A stretch of 64,000 nucleotides of DNA from Patescibacteria group bacterium (GTDB lineage Bacteria; Patescibacteriota; Doudnabacteria; UBA920), in the NCBI GenBank assembly GCA_013387205.1, contig WARV01000009.1, forward strand, positions 667-64,666, read 5' to 3'. The position numbers and the translations under genes are program-made. The notes beneath the pieces were generated by a model. That model made no database searches. It saw only the letters and a program-made list of their open reading frames with translations, and had not been told where the DNA came from. Of the stretch, positions 59,820 to 64,000 are shown piece by piece (positions within the stretch are counted from its first letter, which is position 1; each line of letters starts with the position of its first letter).

Positions 59820-60311
59820 ATGCCTGAAAATTCCAAAGAAGTGCAGTTTGTTTTGCAAAAAATCCAGCCGGCGCTGCTTGGGCTTATGGACGGGGCGGTT
59901 TCGACCATGGCGCCGATTTTTGCTACGGCTGAACTTACAAAAAACAGCCATAACGCGTTCATTATCGGGACTGCTAGCGCGCTCGGTGCCGGAATCAGCA
60001 TGGGTTTTGCCGAAGCCTTATCTGACAACGGGGAGGTGACGGGGCGGGGGCGGCCGGAATCCCGCGGGCTTATTACAGGATTAGCCACGGCCGTTGGCGG
60101 CATGCTGCACACCTTCCCGTTTTTAATTCCTGACCTGCAAGCCGCTTTGCATTTGGCTTACGCGGTTGTGGCGATGGAACTTTTGGTCATCGCCTTCGCC
60201 CGCTATAAATTCATGAACAGCCCTTTGGCAAAAACCGTTTTCCAAGTGGTGGTAGGCGGCGGCATTGTCTTTGCGGTCGGTTTGTTTTTGGGTCGCCTTG
60301 GCGCACAATGA
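59820..60311 (+). CDS. VIT1/CCC1 family (MbfA-like) iron transporter domain protein
   Basis: [32 protein letters not shown]. Confidence 0.88.
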   Translation: MPENSKEVQFVLQKIQPALLGLMDGAVSTMAPIFATAELTKNSHNAFIIGTASALGAGISMGFAEALSDNGEVTGRGRPESRGLITGLATAVGGMLHTFPFLIPDLQAALHLAYAVVAMELLVIAFARYKFMNSPLAKTVFQVVVGGGIVFAVGLFLGRLGAQ

Positions 60312-60326
60312 CAATTTAAATTTTTT

Positions 60327-60364
60327 ATTCCTGGATTCGTGATGGTCGTCACGAATCCAGGAAT
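60327..60364. repeat. 38-bp palindrome with degenerate ACGGCCGT core
   Basis: attcctggattcgtgatggtcgtcacgaatccaggaat. Confidence 0.7.
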
Positions 60365-60497
60365 TGTTTTAATTGAGTAACCAATTACATAATCCGCACT
60401 TTCTCCTCTAAGCAGGCAAGCGACTGACCTTTTAAGAGGGCAGGTTTAAGCCATGCGGATTTCCACCGTCATAATTATCGGACTTAAAGTAAAAAAT

Positions 60498-60968
60498 ATG
60501 GATGAAAAAGAGCAATTAATTGAAAATTGGCAGGCTGAATTTCCGGTAACTTTTAAAGTGCTGATGAATTTTCCGCCCGACAAGACAGATTTAAAGCCGC
60601 ACGAAAGGTCGCGCAGCGCCAAGGATTTGGGACGGACTTTTGTCTTTGATATGCATTTGATGCGCCAGGCCATTGCCGGAAAAATCGATTTCGGCCAATT
60701 GAAATTCATGCCCATGCCGGAATCCTGGCAGGAAATTCTGGCCAGTTTGGAAATGGCTTATAAAGGGTTTATGGAAGAACTTGAGCAGTCTCCGGAAAGC
60801 GAACTTAATAAGCCTGTCACTTTCGGCAACGGATCGGTGAGGAGGATGGATGTCGTTTGGGAAATTTTAAAAGACATGATACACCATCGCGGCCAGTTCT
60901 CTGTATATTTGCGTATGGCAGGCGGCAAAGTCCCTTCTATTTATGGGCCTTCAGCGGATGAACCGTAG
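60498..60968 (+). CDS. DinB family protein
   Basis: KPHERSRS, HHRGQFSVYLRMAGGKVPSIYGPSADE. Confidence 0.9.
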   Translation: MDEKEQLIENWQAEFPVTFKVLMNFPPDKTDLKPHERSRSAKDLGRTFVFDMHLMRQAIAGKIDFGQLKFMPMPESWQEILASLEMAYKGFMEELEQSPESELNKPVTFGNGSVRRMDVVWEILKDMIHHRGQFSVYLRMAGGKVPSIYGPSADEP

Positions 60969-61160
60969 GGGAATGACCTGCCTTCGTTCCGACCTTGTTG
61001 GAACTTCGGCGTGGCGAGGCCCACCTTCGTTTACACTTCGGCGTGGCGAGGCAAGAATTTTGTAATAAACCAGACCTAATTTTAGGGTTGGTTTTTTTGT
61101 TACCAAAATAAAAACATATCGTAATATAATATGAAGCAAGCTTTGGACGCCCTTTTTTGA

Positions 61161-61198
61161 GTATTCCATTTTTTCACGGCCGTGAAAAAATGGAATAC
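61161..61198. repeat. 38-bp perfect palindrome with ACGGCCGT core
   Basis: gtattccattttttcacggccgtgaaaaaatggaatac. Confidence 0.8.
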
Positions 61199-61282
61199 CA
61201 TAAAATATTATATGCAAATTTGCAAGCCGCGTTTTTATAGGCGATAATATAATCACTAAAAACAAAGTTAATATAACCACCA

Positions 61283-61855
61283 ATGGATTTTCCAGAATCA
61301 CAAATAATCGCCGATTGCCAAAAAGGGGAGTATTCCCAGTTTGGACAGCTCTATGACGCGTACATAAAAAAGATTTACAGCTTCATTTATTTCAGGACCC
61401 ATCATAAGGAAACGGCAGAAGACTTGACCAGTGTCGTCTTTATGAAGGCTTTGGAAAAAATCTCGAGCTTTAACGGCAACAAGGGGCAATTCTCTTCCTG
61501 GCTGTACCAGATTGCCAGAAATTCTATCATTGACCATTACCGCACTTTTAAAGCGGAAGAAGATTTGGAAAACGCCTGGGACGTTCCTTCAAACAGCAAC
61601 GTGGAAAGGGACGCGGATATTTCAAGGCAAATGGAAAACGTCAAAAAACAGCTGGCCGAACTTCCGGCCCAGCAGCGGGACGTGGTGGTTATGCGCGTGT
61701 GGGACGGTTTGAGCCATAAGGAGATTGCCGAAATTTTGAGGATAAGCGAATCCAGCAGCAAGATGTCTTTTTCCAGGGCTCTGGCCAAAATCAACAAAGA
61801 GACGGTTACAACTTTGGCCGCTTTGGCTGTAATTTTGGGAAATCAAAATTTTTAA
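61283..61855 (+). CDS. ECF RNA polymerase sigma factor
   Basis: TAEDLTS.VF.KAL, FSSWLYQIARN..IDHYR, LSHKEIAEIL. Confidence 0.93.
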   Translation: MDFPESQIIADCQKGEYSQFGQLYDAYIKKIYSFIYFRTHHKETAEDLTSVVFMKALEKISSFNGNKGQFSSWLYQIARNSIIDHYRTFKAEEDLENAWDVPSNSNVERDADISRQMENVKKQLAELPAQQRDVVVMRVWDGLSHKEIAEILRISESSSKMSFSRALAKINKETVTTLAALAVILGNQNF

Positions 61856-61868
61856 ACCATCAATATTT

Positions 61869-63356
61869 ATGGATAATAATATAGAAAAAATTTTACAGGA
61901 GCTTTATGTAATGGACGCGGGATTTAAATCCCACGAAGCCAAGCTGAAAACCTTGCTTAGCGAACTTTTGCAGAACAAGCCTGATGTTAAGCTTGATGAG
62001 GAATTCGTATTAAACTTGCGCAGGAAACTTTTGGCCAAAGCCGATTTGATGCAGTCGCAAAACGCGTCGCGGTTTCCGCTCAAAGCTATTGCGTTTTCTT
62101 TAAGCGGTTTAATGGTTGTAGTTTTGGCTGTTTTGGTTGGAGTGTATTCCAGGCAAATAAAAACCAAACAGCTTCCTGCCACGCAACCTTATATTTTTGG
62201 CGGTAAAAGCGACAAACTTTTAAATGCCAGTGTTAATATTAACAAAGTCAGCCAGCAGGCTTTTGGTAAATTATCTATGGCAGATTTTTCTCCGGTCGGA
62301 CGCGGCGGAGGCGGAGCAGGGGCAGGAGCGGCGGAATCTTTTAGCAGTGCCGCGGCAGCGCCAACAATGTCGCCAGATGCGAAAGTTGCCATTATGCCGC
62401 CGATAACCACTTACTCATACGTATATAAAGGCGGCGAGATTGATTTGAAGGATACAGAGCTGCCGGTCTTTAAGAGGGTTAAAGGCCTGGGTGATAATTT
62501 TGATGCCAAATCCTTGCTCAAGCAGCTGGACTTCGGCTCAATCGACATGGATAAATTTGAAAATACTAAAATACAATCGCTGAATATTCTGCAAGACATG
62601 GAGTACGGCTATAACTTTTACATCAATTTGGAAGACGGGATTATTAACATGAGCGAGAATTGGGCAAAGTGGCCGAATCCGGAAAAGAGCTGCCAGGATA
62701 CACAGTGCTACCAAAACACGCGGCTTAAAATTAGCGATGTGCCCAGCGACGAAGAGCTGATAAATATCGCTAATAGGTTTTTGCAGGACCACAACATTTC
62801 CCTGGCTTCTTACGGCCAGCCCGCGGTGGCTGATACCTGGAGGCAGGAATATGAGAATATGTCAGATAAGTCGCAGGCTTATATCCCGGCAATTTATAAT
62901 ATAATTTATCCTTTGCAGGTTGAGGGCGAGGATGTTTATGATCCGAGCGGCTATAAGGCCGGGCTGGCTGTCGGCGTGGATATTAGGTTTAAAAAGGTTT
63001 CAGGTATGGCGGATTTGGCAAGCTTAAAATTCGAGAGTTCGGATTATCCTGTTATCACCCAAAGCCAAGAAATTATAAAGTATGCCGAGCGCGGCGGGGC
63101 GGCTAATCCCAATTTTTACATGCAAGGCTCCAGGGAAGTTAAATTGGAACTCGGCGATCCTTTTAAGGTTTACGTAAAAATTATGAAAAATGACGGCGCT
63201 TCAAGCCAGGAATTGTTAGTACCTGCTTTAATTTTCCCAATCAAGAATAGGCCGGCTGGCGCGGCCTATGCCCATAAGGGGATAGTGGTTCCGCTGGTAA
63301 AGGGAATTCTGAATGACCAGGCAACTGGCGGCGGCCCGGTGAGGATCTACAAATAA
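61869..63356 (+). CDS. Putative anti-sigma factor with large extracytoplasmic domain
   Basis: Directly follows the ECF gene; single TM. Confidence 0.7.
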   Translation: MDNNIEKILQELYVMDAGFKSHEAKLKTLLSELLQNKPDVKLDEEFVLNLRRKLLAKADLMQSQNASRFPLKAIAFSLSGLMVVVLAVLVGVYSRQIKTKQLPATQPYIFGGKSDKLLNASVNINKVSQQAFGKLSMADFSPVGRGGGGAGAGAAESFSSAAAAPTMSPDAKVAIMPPITTYSYVYKGGEIDLKDTELPVFKRVKGLGDNFDAKSLLKQLDFGSIDMDKFENTKIQSLNILQDMEYGYNFYINLEDGIINMSENWAKWPNPEKSCQDTQCYQNTRLKISDVPSDEELINIANRFLQDHNISLASYGQPAVADTWRQEYENMSDKSQAYIPAIYNIIYPLQVEGEDVYDPSGYKAGLAVGVDIRFKKVSGMADLASLKFESSDYPVITQSQEIIKYAERGGAANPNFYMQGSREVKLELGDPFKVYVKIMKNDGASSQELLVPALIFPIKNRPAGAAYAHKGIVVPLVKGILNDQATGGGPVRIYK

Positions 63357-63460
63357 CTACAGATCTACGAATTCATCCGAATCTACAGATACCTACAGAT
63401 GTGCTTAGAAGATTATCTGTAGGCAATCCGTAGATCCGTAGATAATCTGTAGTTCTGTAG
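63345..63460. repeat. Inverted array of degenerate ~9-nt ATCTAC(A/G)GA microrepeats
   Basis: atctacaaat/actacagat/ctacgaat/atctacagat/ctacagat facing atctgtag/atccgtag/atccgtag/atctgtag/ttctgtag. Confidence 0.75.
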
Positions 63461-63464
63461 AATA

Positions 63465-63501
63465 AACGGCTAAATCCTAGGAAATTTACGTTTTAGCCGT
63501 T
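63465..63501. repeat. REP-like palindrome (37 bp)
   Basis: aacggctaaatcctaggaaatttacgttttagccgtt. Confidence 0.85.
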
Positions 63502-63578
63502 AAAAAAAAGAGCCGGGGCTCTCTTAGGAGATATGTTCTCCAATAAGAGAGTCCCGGCTTAAGGTATTGCAGACTTTG

Positions 63579-64000
63579 TCAGCAGAGCAGGTTGATGTTG
63601 GTCTGCCCGCGCGCGGTGTTGGCGACTGCTGTCGCCGCGGTGTAGGTGGGTTTGATGACGTTGTATTCCACCTTGTTAGCTGCGCCGTCGATCGGCTTGT
63701 TAGCCACTACCAGATTCGCTACTGCTGCGGCCGTGCCGGCGGGTGCGCCGGTATTGGCCGTGTCAAGAGCGATACCCGTGTCGAAGCCGGCGATCATCGT
63801 CGTCGTGTTGCCGGATTTGACCGTGGTCGAGAAAACGGTGCTGTCCAAAATCACGCCATTGTTTGCCTGATCCACACAGGCCCACGTTATGGTTGGTGGA
63901 GAGGCGGTCGGGCCTGGCGCTGCGAAAGCCATCATAATGCCGGAGAGTCCGAGCATTAAGACGACAATAGCAAGCGCTGAAGACACCTTGCGAAAGTCTG
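63579..64000 (-). CDS. Secreted hypothetical protein, start outside the window
   Basis: Signal-peptide-like N-terminus; hairpin terminator at ~63511-63559. Confidence 0.6.
   Translation of the reverse strand, partial: DFRKVSSALAIVVLMLGLSGIMMAFAAPGPTASPPTITWACVDQANNGVILDSTVFSTTVKSGNTTTMIAGFDTGIALDTANTGAPAGTAAAVANLVVANKPIDGAANKVEYNVIKPTYTAATAVANTARGQTNINLLC

Noticed and set aside
27994-63501. REP-like palindromes as integron attC sites (AAC...GTT ends) or CRISPR repeats
   Set aside because: Only 27-37 bp with no L boxes, kb-scale irregular spacing, and no intI or cas genes in the window.

Overview
AT-rich (~42% GC by eye), gene-dense bacterial window. It is most likely from a CPR/Patescibacteria genome (inference from gene style, many small secreted/membrane proteins, ECF/anti-sigma pairs and an intron-split tRNA-Asn). 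1-8.6 kb is a phage/ICE-like remnant: defence-like ORFs, ParB-DNA methyltransferase, terminase-small-like HTH, and an orphan RHS toxin tip with putative immunity gene. Most of the rest is accessory stress, transport and surface genes. The key locus is a minus-strand tRNA-Asn(GTT) at 51439-51812 split by a group I intron. Upstream of it a small GIY-YIG gene is bracketed by a duplicated tRNA 5' half, and the intron P8 loop holds a copy of the tRNA 3' end. Downstream is an apparent array of 7-8 co-oriented, integrase-less gene cassettes (~39.5-51.4 kb), each delimited by hairpin + tRNA-3'-end core (TGGCTC) + a recombinase-C-terminus-like tail. Three dispersed palindromic families are also present: ~165-bp covarying long hairpins, 27/37-bp AACGGCTAAA...TTTAGCCGTT REP-like units, and 38-bp ACGGCCGT-core palindromes. 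All coordinates were read by eye and no database searches were run.
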